From: the human T2T-CHM13v2.0 reference genome, Homo sapiens | Assembly (NCBI RefSeq): GCF_009914755.1 | Contig: NC_060932.1 | Reading direction: 5' to 3' (one strand) | DNA: 64,000 nucleotides | Shown: positions 25,802-40,100 of the stretch, piece by piece | How the letters are laid out: each line of letters starts with the position of its first letter | Position numbering within the stretch: the first letter of the stretch is position 1 | The notes under the pieces: model-generated | The model's input: only the letters and a program-made list of their open reading frames with translations | The model's database searches: none | Told to the model about the DNA's origin: nothing | Position numbers and translations under genes: made by a program

Positions 25802-28800
25802 CATTCTCAGAAACACCTTCGTGATGTTTGCAATCAAGTCACAGAGTTGAACCTTCCGTTTCATAGAGCAGGTTGGAAACACTCTTTTTGTAGTATCTGG
25901 AAGTGGACATTTGGAGCGCTTTCAGGCCTATGGTGAAAAAGGAAATATCTTCCCATAAAAACGACAGAGAAGCTATCTCAGGAACTTGTTTATGATGCAT
26001 CTAATCAACTAACAGTGTTGAACCTTTGTACTGACAGAGCAGTTTGAAACACTCTTTTTTTCGAATCTGCAAGTGGATATTTGGATCGCTTTGAGGATTT
26101 CGTTGGAAACGGGATGCAATATAAAACGTACACAGCAGCATACTCAGAAAATACTTTGCCATATTTCCATTCAAGTCACAGACTGGAACATTCCCATTCA
26201 TAGAGCAGGTTGGAAACACTCTTTTTGGAGTATCTGGAAGTGGACATTTGGAGCGCTTTCTGAACTATGGTGAAAAAGGAAATATCTTCCAATGAAAACA
26301 AGACAGAAGCATTCTGAGAAATTTATTTGTGATGTGTGTCCTCAACAAACGGACTTGAACCTTTCGTTTCATGCAGTACTTCTGGAACACTCTTTTTGAA
26401 GATTCTGCATGCGGATATTTGGATAGCTTTGAGGATTTCGTTGGAAACGGGCTTACATGTAAAAATTAGACAGCAGCATTCTCAGAAACTTCTTTGTGGT
26501 GTCTGCATTCAAGTCACAGAATTGAACTTCCCCTCACATAGAGCAGTTGTGCAGCACTCTATTTGTAGTATCTGGAAGTGGACATTTGGAGGGCTTTGTA
26601 GCCTATCTGGAAAAAGGAAATATCTTCCCATGAATGCGAGATAGAAGTAATCTCAGAAACATGTTTATGCTGTATCTACTCAACTAACTGTGCTGAACAT
26701 TTCTATTGATAGAGCAGTTTTGAGACACTCTTCTTTTGGAATCTGCAAGTGGATATTTGGATAGATTTGAGGATTTCGTTGGAAACGGGATTATATATAA
26801 AAAGTAGACAGCAGCATTCTCAGAAACTTCTTTGTGATGTTTGCATCCAGCTCTCAGAGTTGAACATTCCCTTTCATAGAGTAGGTTTGAAACCCTCTTT
26901 TTATAGTGTCTAGAAGCGGGCATTTGGAGCGCTTTCAGGCCTATGCTTAAAATAGGAAATATCTACCTACAGAAACTAGACAGAAGCATTCTGAGAATCA
27001 CGTTTGTGATGTGGGTACTCAACTAACAGTGTTGATCCATTCTTTTGATACAGCAGTTTTGAACCACACTTTTTGTAGAATCTGCAAGAGGATATTTGGA
27101 TAGCTGTGAGGATTTCGTTGGAAACGGGAATGTCTTCAAAGAAAATCTAGACAGAAGCATTCTCAGAAATACCTTCGTGATGTTTGCAATCAAGTCACAG
27201 AGTTGAACCTTCCGTTTCATAGAGCAGGTTGGAAACACTCTTATTGTAGTATCTGGAAGTGGACATTTGGAGCGCTTTCAGGCCTATGGTGAAAAAGAAA
27301 TATCTTCCCATAAAAACGACATAGAAGCTATCTCAGGAACTTGTTTATGATGCATCTAATCAACTAACAGTGTTGAACATTTGTACTGACAGAGCAGTTT
27401 GAAACACTCTTTTTTTGGAATCTGCAAGTGGATATTTGGATCACTTTGAGGATTTCGTTGGAAACGGGATGCAATATAAAACGTACACAGCAGCATACTC
27501 AGAAAATACTTTGCCATATTTCCATTCAAGTCACAGAGTGGAACATTCCCATTCATAGAGCAGGTTGGAAACACTCTTTTTGGAGTATCTGGAAGTGGAC
27601 ATTTGGAGCGCTTTCTGAACTATGGTGAAAAAGGAAATATCTTCCAATGAAAACAAGACAGAAGCATTCTGAGAAACTTATTTGTGATGTGTGTCCTCAA
27701 CAAACGGACTTGAACCTTTTGTTTCATGCAGTATTTCTGGAACACTCTTTTTGAAGATTCTGCATGCGGATATTTGGATAGCTTTGAGGATTTCGTTGGA
27801 AACGGGCTTACATGTAAAAATTAGACAGCAGCATTCTCAGAAACTTCTTTGTGGTGTCTGCATTCAAGTCACAGAATTGAACTTCCCCTCACATAGAGCA
27901 GTTGTGCAGCACTCTATTTGTAGTATCTGGAAGGGGACATTTGGAGGGCTTTGTAGCCTATCTGGAAAAAGGAAATATCTTCCCATGAATGCGAGATAGA
28001 AGTAATCTCAGAAACATGTTTATGCTGTATCTACTCAACTAACTGTGCTGAACATTTCTATTGATAGAGCAGTTTTGAGACACTCTTCTTTTGGAATCTG
28101 CAAGTGGATATTTGGATAGATTTGAGGATTTCGTTGGAAACGGGATTATATATAAAAAGTAGACAGCAGCATTCTCAGAAACTTCTTTGTGATGTTTGCA
28201 TCCAGCTCTCAGAGTTGAGCATTCCCTTTCATAGAGTAGGTTTGAAACCCTCTTTTTATAGTGTCTGGAAGCGGGCATTTGGAGCGCTTTCAGGCCTATG
28301 CTTAAAATAGGAAATATCTACCTACAGAAACTAGACAGAAGCATTCTGAGAATCACGTTTGTGATGTGGGTACTCAACTAACAGAGTTGATCCATTCTTT
28401 TGATACAGCAGTTTTGAACCACACTTTTTGTAGAATCTGCAAGAGGATATTTGGATAGCTGTGAGGATTTCGTTGGAAACGGGAATGTCTTCAAAGAAAA
28501 TCTAGACAGAAGCATTCTCAGAAACACCTTCGTGATGTTTGCAATCAAGTCACAGAGTTGAACCTTCCGTTTCATAGAGCAGGTTGGAAACACTCTTATT
28601 GTAGTATCTGGAAGTGGACATTTGGAGCGCTTTCAGGCCTATGGTGAAAAAGAAATATCTTCCCATAAAAACGACATAGAAGCTATCTCAGGAACTTGTT
28701 TATGATGCATCTAATCAACTAACAGTGTTGAACATTTGTACTGACAGAGCAGTTTGAAACACTCTTTTTTTGGAATCTGCAAGTGGATATTTGGATCACT

Positions 28801-31223
28801 TTGAGGATTTCGTTGGAAACGGGATGCAATATAAAACGTACACAGCAGCATACTCAGAAAATACTTTGCCATATTTCCATTCAAGTCACAGAGTGGAACA
28901 TTCCCATTCATAGAGCAGGTTGGAAACACTCTTTTTGGAGTATCTGGAAGTGGACATTTGGAGCGCTTTCTGAACTATGGTGAAAAAGGAAATATCTTCC
29001 AATGAAAACAAGACAGAAGCATTCTGAGAAACTTATTTGTGATGTGTGTCCTCAACAAACGGACTTGAACCTTTTGTTTCATGCAGTATTTCTGGAACAC
29101 TCTTTTTGAAGATTCTGCATGCGGATATTTGGATAGCTTTGAGGATTTCGTTGGAAACGGGCTTACATGTAAAAATTAGACAGCAGCATTCTCAGAAACT
29201 TCTTTGTGGTGTCTGCATTCAAGTCACAGAATTGAACTTCCCCTCACATAGAGCAGTTGTGCAGCACTCTATTTGTAGTATCTGGAAGGGGACATTTGGA
29301 GGGCTTTGTAGCCTATCTGGAAAAAGGAAATATCTTCCCATGAATGCGAGATAGAAGTAATCTCAGAAACATGTTTATGCTGTATCTACTCAACTAACTG
29401 TGCTGAACATTTCTATTGATAGAGCAGTTTTGAGACACTCTTCTTTTGGAATCTGCAAGTGGATATTTGGATAGATTTGAGGATTTCGTTGGAAACGGGA
29501 TTATATATAAAAAGTAGACAGCAGCATTCTCAGAAACTTCTTTGTGATGTTTGCATCCAGCTCTCAGAGTTGAGCATTCCCTTTCATAGAGTAGGTTTGA
29601 AACCCTCTTTTTATAGTGTCTGGAAGCGGGCATTTGGAGCGCTTTCAGGCCTATGCTTAAAATAGGAAATATCTACCTACAGAAACTAGACAGAAGCATT
29701 CTGAGAATCACGTTTGTGATGTGGGTACTCAACTAACAGAGTTGATCCATTCTTTTGATACAGCAGTTTTGAACCACACTTTTTGTAGAATCTGCAAGAG
29801 GATATTTGGATAGCTGTGAGGATTTCGTTGGAAACGGGAATGTCTTCAAAGAAAATCTAGACAGAAGCATTCTCAGAAACACCTTCGTGATGTTTGCAAT
29901 CAAGTCACAGAGTTGAACCTTCCGTTTCATAGAGCAGGTTGGAAACACTCTTATTGTAGTATCTGGAAGTGGACATTTGGAGCGCTTTCAGGCCTATGGT
30001 GAAAAAGGAAATATGTTCCCATAAAAACGACATAGAAGCTATCTCAGGAACTTGTTTATGATGCATCTAATCAACTAACAGTGTTGAACCTTTGCACTGA
30101 CAGAGCAGTTTGAAACACTCTTTTTTTGGAATCTGCAAGTGGATATTTGGATCGCTATGAGGATTTCGTTGGAAACGGGATGCAATATAAAACGTACACA
30201 GCAGCATACTCAGAAAATACTTTGCCATATTTCCATTCAAGTCACAGAGTGGAACATTCCCATTCATAGAGCAGGTTGGAAACACTCTTTTTGGAGTATC
30301 TGGAAGTGGACATTTGGAGCGCTTTCTGAACTATGGTGAAAAAGGAAATATCTTCCAATGAAAACAAGACAGAAGCATTCTGAGAAACTTATTTGTGATG
30401 TGTGTCCTCAACAAACGGACTTGAACCTTTCGTTTCATGCAGTACTTCTGGAACACTCTTTTTGAAGATTCTGCATGCGGATATTTGGATAGCTTTGAGG
30501 ATTTCGTTGGAAACGGGCTTACATGTAAAAATTAGACAGCAGCATTCTCAGAAACTTCTTTGTGGTGTCTGCATTCAAGTCACAGAATTGAACTTCCCCT
30601 CACATAGAGCAGTTGTGCAGCACTCTATTTGTAGTATCTGGAAGTGGACATTTGGAGGGCTTTGTAGCCTATCTGGAAAAAGGAAATATCTTCCCATGAA
30701 TGCGAGATAGAAGTAATCTCAGAAACATGTTTATGCTGTATCTACTCAACTAACTGTGCTGAACATTTCTATTGATAGAGCAGTTTTGAGACCCTCTTCT
30801 TTTGGAATCTGCAAGTGGATATTTGGATAGATTTGAGGATTTCGTTGGAAACGGGATTATATATAAAAAGTAGACAGCAGCATTCTCAGAAACTTCTTTG
30901 TGATGTTTGCATCCAGCTCTCAGAGTTGAACATTCCCTTTCATAGAGTAGGTTTGAAACCCTCTTTTTATAGTGTCTGGAAGCGGGCATTTGGAGCGCTT
31001 TCAGGCCTATGCTTAAAATAGGAAATATCTACCTACAGAAACTAGACAGTAGCATTCTGAGAATCACGTTTGTGATGTGGGTACTCAACTAACAGTGTTG
31101 ATCCATTCTTTTGATACAGCAGTATTGAACCACACTTTTTCTAGAATCTGCAAGAGGATATTTGGATAGCTGTGAGGATTTCGTTGGAAACGGGAATGTC
31201 TTCAAAGAAAATCTAGACAGAAG
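25802..31223 (+). repeat. Four tandem 8-mer HORs (25802, 27158, 28513, 29868)
   Basis: Lengths 1356, 1355, 1355, 1356. Confidence 0.95.
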
Positions 31224-33091
31224 CATTCTCAGAAACACCTTCGTGATGTTTGCAATCAAGTCACAGAGTTGAACCTTCCGTTTCATAGAGCAGGTTGGAA
31301 ACACTCTTATTGTAGTATCTGGAAGTGGACATTTGGAGCGCTTTCAGGCCTATGGTGAAAAAGGAAATATCTTCCCATAAAAACGACATAGAAGCTATCT
31401 CAGGAACTTGTTTATGATGCATCTAATCAACTAACAGTGTTGAACCTTTGTACTGACAGAGCAGTTTGAAACACTCTTTTTTTGGAATCTGCAAGTGGAT
31501 ATTTGGATCGCTTTGAGTATTTCGTTGGAAACGGGATGCAATATAAAACGTACACAGCAGCATACTCAGAAAATACTTTGCCATATTTCCATTCAAGTCA
31601 CAGACTGGAACATTCCCATTCATAGAGCAGGTTTGAAACACTCTTTTTGGAGTATCTGGAAGTGGACATTTGGAGCGCTTTCTGAACTATGGTGAAAAAG
31701 GAAATATCTTCCAATGAAAACAAGACAGAAGCATTCTGAGAAACTTATTTGTGATGTGTGTCCTCAACAAACGGACTTGAACCTTTCGTTTCATGCAGTA
31801 CTTCTGGAACACTCTTTTTGAAGATTCTGCATTCGGATATTTGGATAGCTTTGAGGATTTCGTTGGAAACGGGCTTACATGTAAAAATTAGACAGCAGCA
31901 TTCTCAGAAACTTCTTTGTGGTGTCTGCATTCAAGTCACAGAATTGAACTTCCCCTCACATAGAGCAGTTGTGCAGCACTCTATTTGTAGTATCTCGAAG
32001 TGGACATTTGGAGGGCTTTGTAGCCTATCTGGAAAAAGGAAATATCTTCCCATGAATGCGAGATAGAAGTAATCTCAGAAACATGTTTATGCTGTATCTA
32101 CTCAACTAACTGTGCTGAACATTTCTATTGATAGAGCAGTTTTGAGACACTCTTCTTTTGGAATCTGCAAGTGGATATTTGGATAGATTTGAGGATTTCG
32201 TTGGAAACGGGATTATATATAAAAAGTAGACAGCAGCATTCTCAGAAACTTCTTTGTGATGTTTGCATCCAGCTCTCAGAGTTGAACATTCCCTTTCATA
32301 GAGTAGGTTTGAAACCCTCTTTTTATAGTGTCTGGAAGCGGGCATTTGGAGCGCTTTCAGGCCTATGCTGAAAAAGGAAATATCTACCTATAGAAACTAG
32401 AGAGAAGCATTCTGAGAATCACGTTTGTGATGTGGGTACTCAACTAACAGTGTTGATCCATTCTTTTGATACAGCAGTTTTGAACCACACTTTTTGTAGA
32501 ATCTGCAAGTGGATATTTGGATAGCTGTGAGGATTTCGTTGGAAACGGGAATGTCTTCATAGAAAATTTAGACAGAAGCATTCTCAGAACCTTGATTGTG
32601 ATGTGTGTTCTCCACTAACAGAGTTGAACCTTTCTTTTGACAGAAATGTTCTGAAACATTCTTTTTATAGAATCTGGAAGTGGATATTTGGAAAGCTTTG
32701 AGGATTTCATTGGAAACGGGAATATCTTCAAATAAAATCTAGCCAGAAGCATTCTAAGAAACATCTTAGGGATGTTTACATTCAAGTCACAGAGTTGAAC
32801 ATTCCCTTTCACAGAGCAGGTTTGAAACAATCTTCTCGTACTATCTGGCAGTGGACATTTTGAGCTCCTTGGGGCCTATGCTGAAAAAGGAAATATCTTC
32901 CGACAAAAACTAGACAGAAGCATTCGCAGAATCACGTTTGTGATGTGTGCACTCAACTGTCAGAATTGAACCTTGGTTTGGACAGAGCACTTTTGAAACA
33001 CTCTTTTTGTAGAATCTGCAGGTGGATATTTGGCTAGCTTTGAGGATTTCGTTGGAAACGGTAATGTCTTCAAAGAAAATCTAGACAGAAG
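31224..33091 (+). repeat. 11-mer HOR (1868 bp), left-domain type
   Basis: Same diagnostic variants as 23934-25801 (GAGTATTTCG, CAGACTGG, GCATTCGG, TTCATTGG). Confidence 0.95.
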
Positions 33092-36000
33092 CATTCTCAG
33101 AAACACCTTCGTGATGTTTGCAATCAAGTCACAGAGTTGAACCTTCCGTTTCATAGAGCAGGTTGGAAACACTCTTTTTGTAGTATCTGGAAGTGGACAT
33201 TTGGAGCGCTTTCAGGCCTATGGTGAAAAAGGAAATATCTTCCCATAAAAACGACATAGAAGCTATCTCAGGAACTTGTTTATGATGCATCTAATCAACT
33301 AACAGTGTTGAACCTTTGTACTGACAGAGCAGTTTGAAACACTCTTTTTTTGGAATCTGCAAGTGGATATTTGGATCGCTTTGAGGATTTCGTTGGAAAC
33401 GGGATGCAATATAAAACGTACACAGCAGCATACTCAGAAAATACTTTGCCATATTTCCATTCAAGTCACAGAGTGGAACATTCCCATTCATAGAGCAGGT
33501 TGGAAACACTCTTTTTGGAGTATCTGGAAGTGGACATTTGGAGCGCTTTCTGAACTATGGTGAAAAAGGAAATATCTTCCAATGAAAACAAGACAGAAGC
33601 ATTCTGAGAAATTTATTTGTGATGTGTGTCCTCAACAAACGGACTTGAACCTTTCGTTTCATGCAGTACTTCTGGAACACTCTTTTTGAAGATTCTGCAT
33701 GCGGATATTTGGATAGCTTTGAGGATTTCGTTGGAAACGGGCTTACATGTAAAAATTAGACAGCAGCATTCTCAGAAACTTCTTTGTGGTGTCTGCATTC
33801 AAGTCACAGAATTGAACTTCCCCTCACATAGAGCAGTTGTGCAGCACTCTATTTGTAGTATCTGGAAGTGGACATTTGGAGGGCTTTGTAGCCTATCTGG
33901 AAAAAGGAAATATCTTCCCATGAATGCGAGATAGAAGTAATCTCAGAAACATGTTTATGCTGTATCTACTCAACTAACTGTGCTGAACATTTCTATTGAT
34001 AGAGCAGTTTTGAGACACTCTTCTTTTGGAATCTGCAAGTGGATATTTGGATAGATTTGAGGATTTCGTTGGAAACGGGATTATATATAAAAAGTAGACA
34101 GCAGCATTCTCAGAAACTTCTTTGTGATGTTTGCATCCAGCTCTCAGAGTTGAACATTCCCTTTCATAGAGTAGGTTTGAAACCCTCTTTTTATAGTGTC
34201 TAGAAGCGGGCATTTGGAGCGCTTTCAGGCCTATGCTTAAAATAGGAAATATCTACCTACAGAAACTAGACAGAAGCATTCTGAGAATCACGTTTGTGAT
34301 GTGGGTACTCAACTAACAGTGTTGATCCATTCTTTTGATACAGCAGTTTTGAACCACACTTTTTGTAGAATCTGCAAGAGGATATTTGGATAGCTGTGAG
34401 GATTTCGTTGGAAACGGGAATGTCTTCAAAGAAAATCTAGACAGAAGCATTCTCAGAAATACCTTCGTGATGTTTGCAATCAAGTCACAGAGTTGAACCT
34501 TCCGTTTCATAGAGCAGGTTGGAAACACTCTTATTGTAGTATCTGGAAGTGGACATTTGGAGCGCTTTCAGGCCTATGGTGAAAAAGAAATATCTTCCCA
34601 TAAAAACGACATAGAAGCTATCTCAGGAACTTGTTTATGATGCATCTAATCAACTAACAGTGTTGAACATTTGTACTGACAGAGCAGTTTGAAACACTCT
34701 TTTTTTGGAATCTGCAAGTGGATATTTGGATCACTTTGAGGATTTCGTTGGAAACGGGATGCAATATAAAACGTACACAGCAGCATACTCAGAAAATACT
34801 TTGCCATATTTCCATTCAAGTCACAGAGTGGAACATTCCCATTCATAGAGCAGGTTGGAAACACTCTTTTTGGAGTATCTGGAAGTGGACATTTGGAGCG
34901 CTTTCTGAACTATGGTGAAAAAGGAAATATCTTCCAATGAAAACAAGACAGAAGCATTCTGAGAAACTTATTTGTGATGTGTGTCCTCAACAAACGGACT
35001 TGAACCTTTTGTTTCATGCAGTATTTCTGGAACACTCTTTTTGAAGATTCTGCATGCGGATATTTGGATAGCTTTGAGGATTTCGTTGGAAACGGGCTTA
35101 CATGTAAAAATTAGACAGCAGCATTCTCAGAAACTTCTTTGTGGTGTCTGCATTCAAGTCACAGAATTGAACTTCCCCTCACATAGAGCAGTTGTGCAGC
35201 ACTCTATTTGTAGTATCTGGAAGGGGACATTTGGAGGGCTTTGTAGCCTATCTGGAAAAAGGAAATATCTTCCCATGAATGCGAGATAGAAGTAATCTCA
35301 GAAACATGTTTATGCTGTATCTACTCAACTAACTGTGCTGAACATTTCTATTGATAGAGCAGTTTTGAGACACTCTTCTTTTGGAATCTGCAAGTGGATA
35401 TTTGGATAGATTTGAGGATTTCGTTGGAAACGGGATTATATATAAAAAGTAGACAGCAGCATTCTCAGAAACTTCTTTGTGATGTTTGCATCCAGCTCTC
35501 AGAGTTGAGCATTCCCTTTCATAGAGTAGGTTTGAAACCCTCTTTTTATAGTGTCTGGAAGCGGGCATTTGGAGCGCTTTCAGGCCTATGCTTAAAATAG
35601 GAAATATCTACCTACAGAAACTAGACAGAAGCATTCTGAGAATCACGTTTGTGATGTGGGTACTCAACTAACAGAGTTGATCCATTCTTTTGATACAGCA
35701 GTTTTGAACCACACTTTTTGTAGAATCTGCAAGAGGATATTTGGATAGCTGTGAGGATTTCGTTGGAAACGGGAATGTCTTCAAAGAAAATCTAGACAGA
35801 AGCATTCTCAGAAACACCTTCGTGATGTTTGCAATCAAGTCACAGAGTTGAACCTTCCGTTTCATAGAGCAGGTTGGAAACACTCTTATTGTAGTATCTG
35901 GAAGTGGACATTTGGAGCGCTTTCAGGCCTATGGTGAAAAAGGAAATATGTTCCCATAAAAACGACATAGAAGCTATCTCAGGAACTTGTTTATGATGCA

Positions 36001-37158
36001 TCTAATCAACTAACAGTGTTGAACCTTTGCACTGACAGAGCAGTTTGAAACACTCTTTTTTTGGAATCTGCAAGTGGATATTTGGATCGCTATGAGGATT
36101 TCGTTGGAAACGGGATGCAATATAAAACGTACACAGCAGCATACTCAGAAAATACTTTGCCATATTTCCATTCAAGTCACAGAGTGGAACATTCCCATTC
36201 ATAGAGCAGGTTGGAAACACTCTTTTTGGAGTATCTGGAAGTGGACATTTGGAGCGCTTTCTGAACTATGGTGAAAAAGGAAATATCTTCCAATGAAAAC
36301 AAGACAGAAGCATTCTGAGAAACTTATTTGTGATGTGTGTCCTCAACAAACGGACTTGAACCTTTCGTTTCATGCAGTACTTCTGGAACACTCTTTTTGA
36401 AGATTCTGCATGCGGATATTTGGATAGCTTTGAGGATTTCGTTGGAAACGGGCTTACATGTAAAAATTAGACAGCAGCATTCTCAGAAACTTCTTTGTGG
36501 TGTCTGCATTCAAGTCACAGAATTGAACTTCCCCTCACATAGAGCAGTTGTGCAGCACTCTATTTGTAGTATCTGGAAGTGGACATTTGGAGGGCTTTGT
36601 AGCCTATCTGGAAAAAGGAAATATCTTCCCATGAATGCGAGATAGAAGTAATCTCAGAAACATGTTTATGCTGTATCTACTCAACTAACTGTGCTGAACA
36701 TTTCTATTGATAGAGCAGTTTTGAGACCCTCTTCTTTTGGAATCTGCAAGTGGATATTTGGATAGATTTGAGGATTTCGTTGGAAACGGGATTATATATA
36801 AAAAGTAGACAGCAGCATTCTCAGAAACTTCTTTGTGATGTTTGCATCCAGCTCTCAGAGTTGAACATTCCCTTTCATAGAGTAGGTTTGAAACCCTCTT
36901 TTTATAGTGTCTGGAAGCGGGCATTTGGAGCGCTTTCAGGCCTATGCTTAAAATAGGAAATATCTACCTACAGAAACTAGACAGTAGCATTCTGAGAATC
37001 ACGTTTGTGATGTGGGTACTCAACTAACAGTGTTGATCCATTCTTTTGATACAGCAGTATTGAACCACACTTTTTCTAGAATCTGCAAGAGGATATTTGG
37101 ATAGCTGTGAGGATTTCGTTGGAAACGGGAATGTCTTCAAAGAAAATCTAGACAGAAG
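33092..37158 (+). repeat. Three tandem 8-mer HORs (33092, 34448, 35803)
   Basis: Lengths 1356, 1355, 1356. Confidence 0.95.
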
Positions 37159-40100
37159 CATTCTCAGAAACACCTTCGTGATGTTTGCAATCAAGTCACA
37201 GAGTTGAACCTTCCGTTTCATAGAGCAGGTTGGAAACACTCTTATTGTAGTATCTGGAAGTGGACATTTGGAGCGCTTTCAGGCCTATGGTGAAAAAGGA
37301 AATATCTTCCCATAAAAACGACATAGAAGCTATCTCAGGAACTTGTTTATGATGCATCTAATCAACTAACAGTGTTGAACCTTTGTACTGACAGAGCAGT
37401 TTGAAACACTCTTTTTTTGGAATCTGCAAGTGGATATTTGGATCGCTTTGAGGATTTCGTTGGAAACGGGATGCAATATAAAACGTACACAGCAGCTTAC
37501 TCAGAAAATACTTTGCCATATTTCCATTCAAGTCACAGAGTGGAACATTCCCATTCATAGAGCAGGTTGGAAACACTCTTTTTGGAGTATCTGGAAGTGG
37601 ACATTTGGAGCGCTTTCTGAACTATGGTGAAAAAGGAAATATCTTCCAATGAAAACAAGACAGAAGCATTCTGAGAAACTTATTTGTGATGTGTGTCCTC
37701 AACAAACGGACTTGAACCTTTCGTTTCATGCAGTACTTCTGGAACACTCTTTTTGAAGATTCTGCATGCGGATATTTGGATAGCTTTGAGGATTTCGTTG
37801 GAAACGGGCTTACATGTAAAAATTAGACAGCAGCATTCTCAGAAACTTCTTTGTGGTGTCTGCATTCAAGTCACAGAATTGAACTTCCCCTCACATAGAG
37901 CAGTTGTGCAGCACTCTATTTGTAGTATCTCGAAGTGGACATTTGGAGGGCTTTGTAGCCTATCTGGAAAAAGGAAATATCTTCCCATGAATGCGAGATA
38001 GAAGTAATCTCAGAAACATGTTTATGCTGTATCTACTCAACTAACTGTGCTGAACATTTCTATTGATAGAGCAGTTTTGAGACACTCTTCTTTTGGAATC
38101 TGCAAGTGGATATTTGGATAGATTTGAGGATTTCGTTGGAAACGGGATTATATATCAAAAGTAGACAGCAGCATTCTCAGAAACTTCTTTGTGATGTTTG
38201 CATCCAGCTCTCAGAGTTGAACATTCCCTTTCATAGAGTAGGTTTGAAACCCTCTTTTTATAGTGTCTGGAAGCGGGCATTTGGAGCGCTTTCACGCCTA
38301 TGCTGAAAAAGGAAATATCTACCTACAGAAACTAGTCAGAAGCATTCTGAGAATCACGTTTGTGATGTGGGTACTCAACTAACAGTGTTGATCCATTCTT
38401 TTGATACAGCAGTTTTGAACCACACTTTTTGTAGAATCTGCAAGTGGATATTTGGACAGCTGTGAGGATTTCATTGGAAACGGGAATGTCTTCGTAGAAA
38501 ATTTAGACAGAAGCATTCTCAGAACCTTGATTGTGATGTGTGTTCTCCACTAACAGAGTTGAACCTTTCTTTTGACAGAACTGTTCTGAAACATTCCTTT
38601 TATAGTATCTGGAAGTGGATATTTGGAAAGCTTTGAGGATTTCGTTGGAAACGGGAATATCTTCTAATAAAATCTAGCCAGAAGCATTCTAAGAAACATC
38701 TTAGGGATGTTTACCTTCAAGTAACAGAGTGGAACATTCCCTTTCGCAGAGCAGGTTTGAAACAATCTTCTCGTACTATCTGGAAGTGGACATCTTGAGC
38801 TCCTTGGGGCCTATGCTGAAAAAGGAAATATCTTCCGACAAAAACTAGACAGAAGCATTCGCAGAATCACGTTTGTGATGTGTGCACTCAACTGTCAGCA
38901 TTGAACCTTGGTTTGGACAGAGCACTTTTGAAACACACTTTTTGAAGGATCTGCAGGTGGATATTTGGCTAGCTTTTAGGATTTCGTTGGAAACGGTAAT
39001 GTCTTCAAAGAAAATCTAGACAGAAACATTCTCAGAAACACCTTCGTGATGTTTGCAATCAAGTCACAGAGTTGAACCTTCCGTTTCATAGAGCAGGTTG
39101 GAAACACTCTTTTTGTAGTATCTGGAAGTGGACATTTGGAGTGCTTTCAGGCCTCTGGTGAAAAAGGAAATATCTTCCCATAAAAACGACATAGAAGCTA
39201 TCTCAGGAACTTGTTTATGATGCATCTAATCAACTAACAGTGTTGAACCTTTGTACTGACAGAGCAGTTTGAAACACTCTTTTTTTGGAATCTGCAAGTG
39301 GATATTTGGATCGCTTTGAGGATTTCGTTGGAAACGGGATGCAATATAAAACGTGCACAGCAGCATATTCAGAAAATACTTTGCCATATTTCCATTCAAG
39401 TCACTCAGTGGAACATTCCCATTCATAGAGCAGGTTTGAAACAGTCTTTTTGGAGTATCTGGAAGTGGACATTTGGAGCGCTTTCTGAACTATGGTGAAA
39501 AAGGAAATATCTTCCAATGAAAACAAGACAGAAGCATTCTGAGAAACTTATTTGTGATGTGTGTCCTCAACTAACGGACTTGAACCTTTCGTTTCATGCA
39601 GTACTTCTGGAACACTCTTTTTGAAGATTCTGCATGTGGATATTTGGATAGCTTTGAGGATTTCGTTGGAAACGGGCTTACATGTAAAAATTAGACAGCA
39701 GCATTCTCAGAAACTTCTTTGTGGTGTCTGCGTTCAAGTCACAGAATTGAACATCCCCTCACATAGAGCAGCTGTGCAGCACTCTATTTGTAGTATCTCG
39801 AAATGTACATTTGGAGGGCTTTGTAGCCTATCTGGAAAAAGGAAATATCTTCCCATGAATGCGAGATAGAAGTAATCTCAGAAACATGTTTATGCTGTAT
39901 CTACTCAACTAACTGTGCTGAACATCTCTATTGATAGAGCAGTTTTGAGACACTCTTCTTTTGGAATCTGCAAGTGGATATTTGGATAGATTTGAGGATT
40001 TCGTTGGAAACGGGATTATATATCAAAAGTAGACAGCAGCATTCTCAGAAACTTCTTTGTGATGTTTGCATCCAGCTCTCAGAGTTGAACATTCCCTTTC

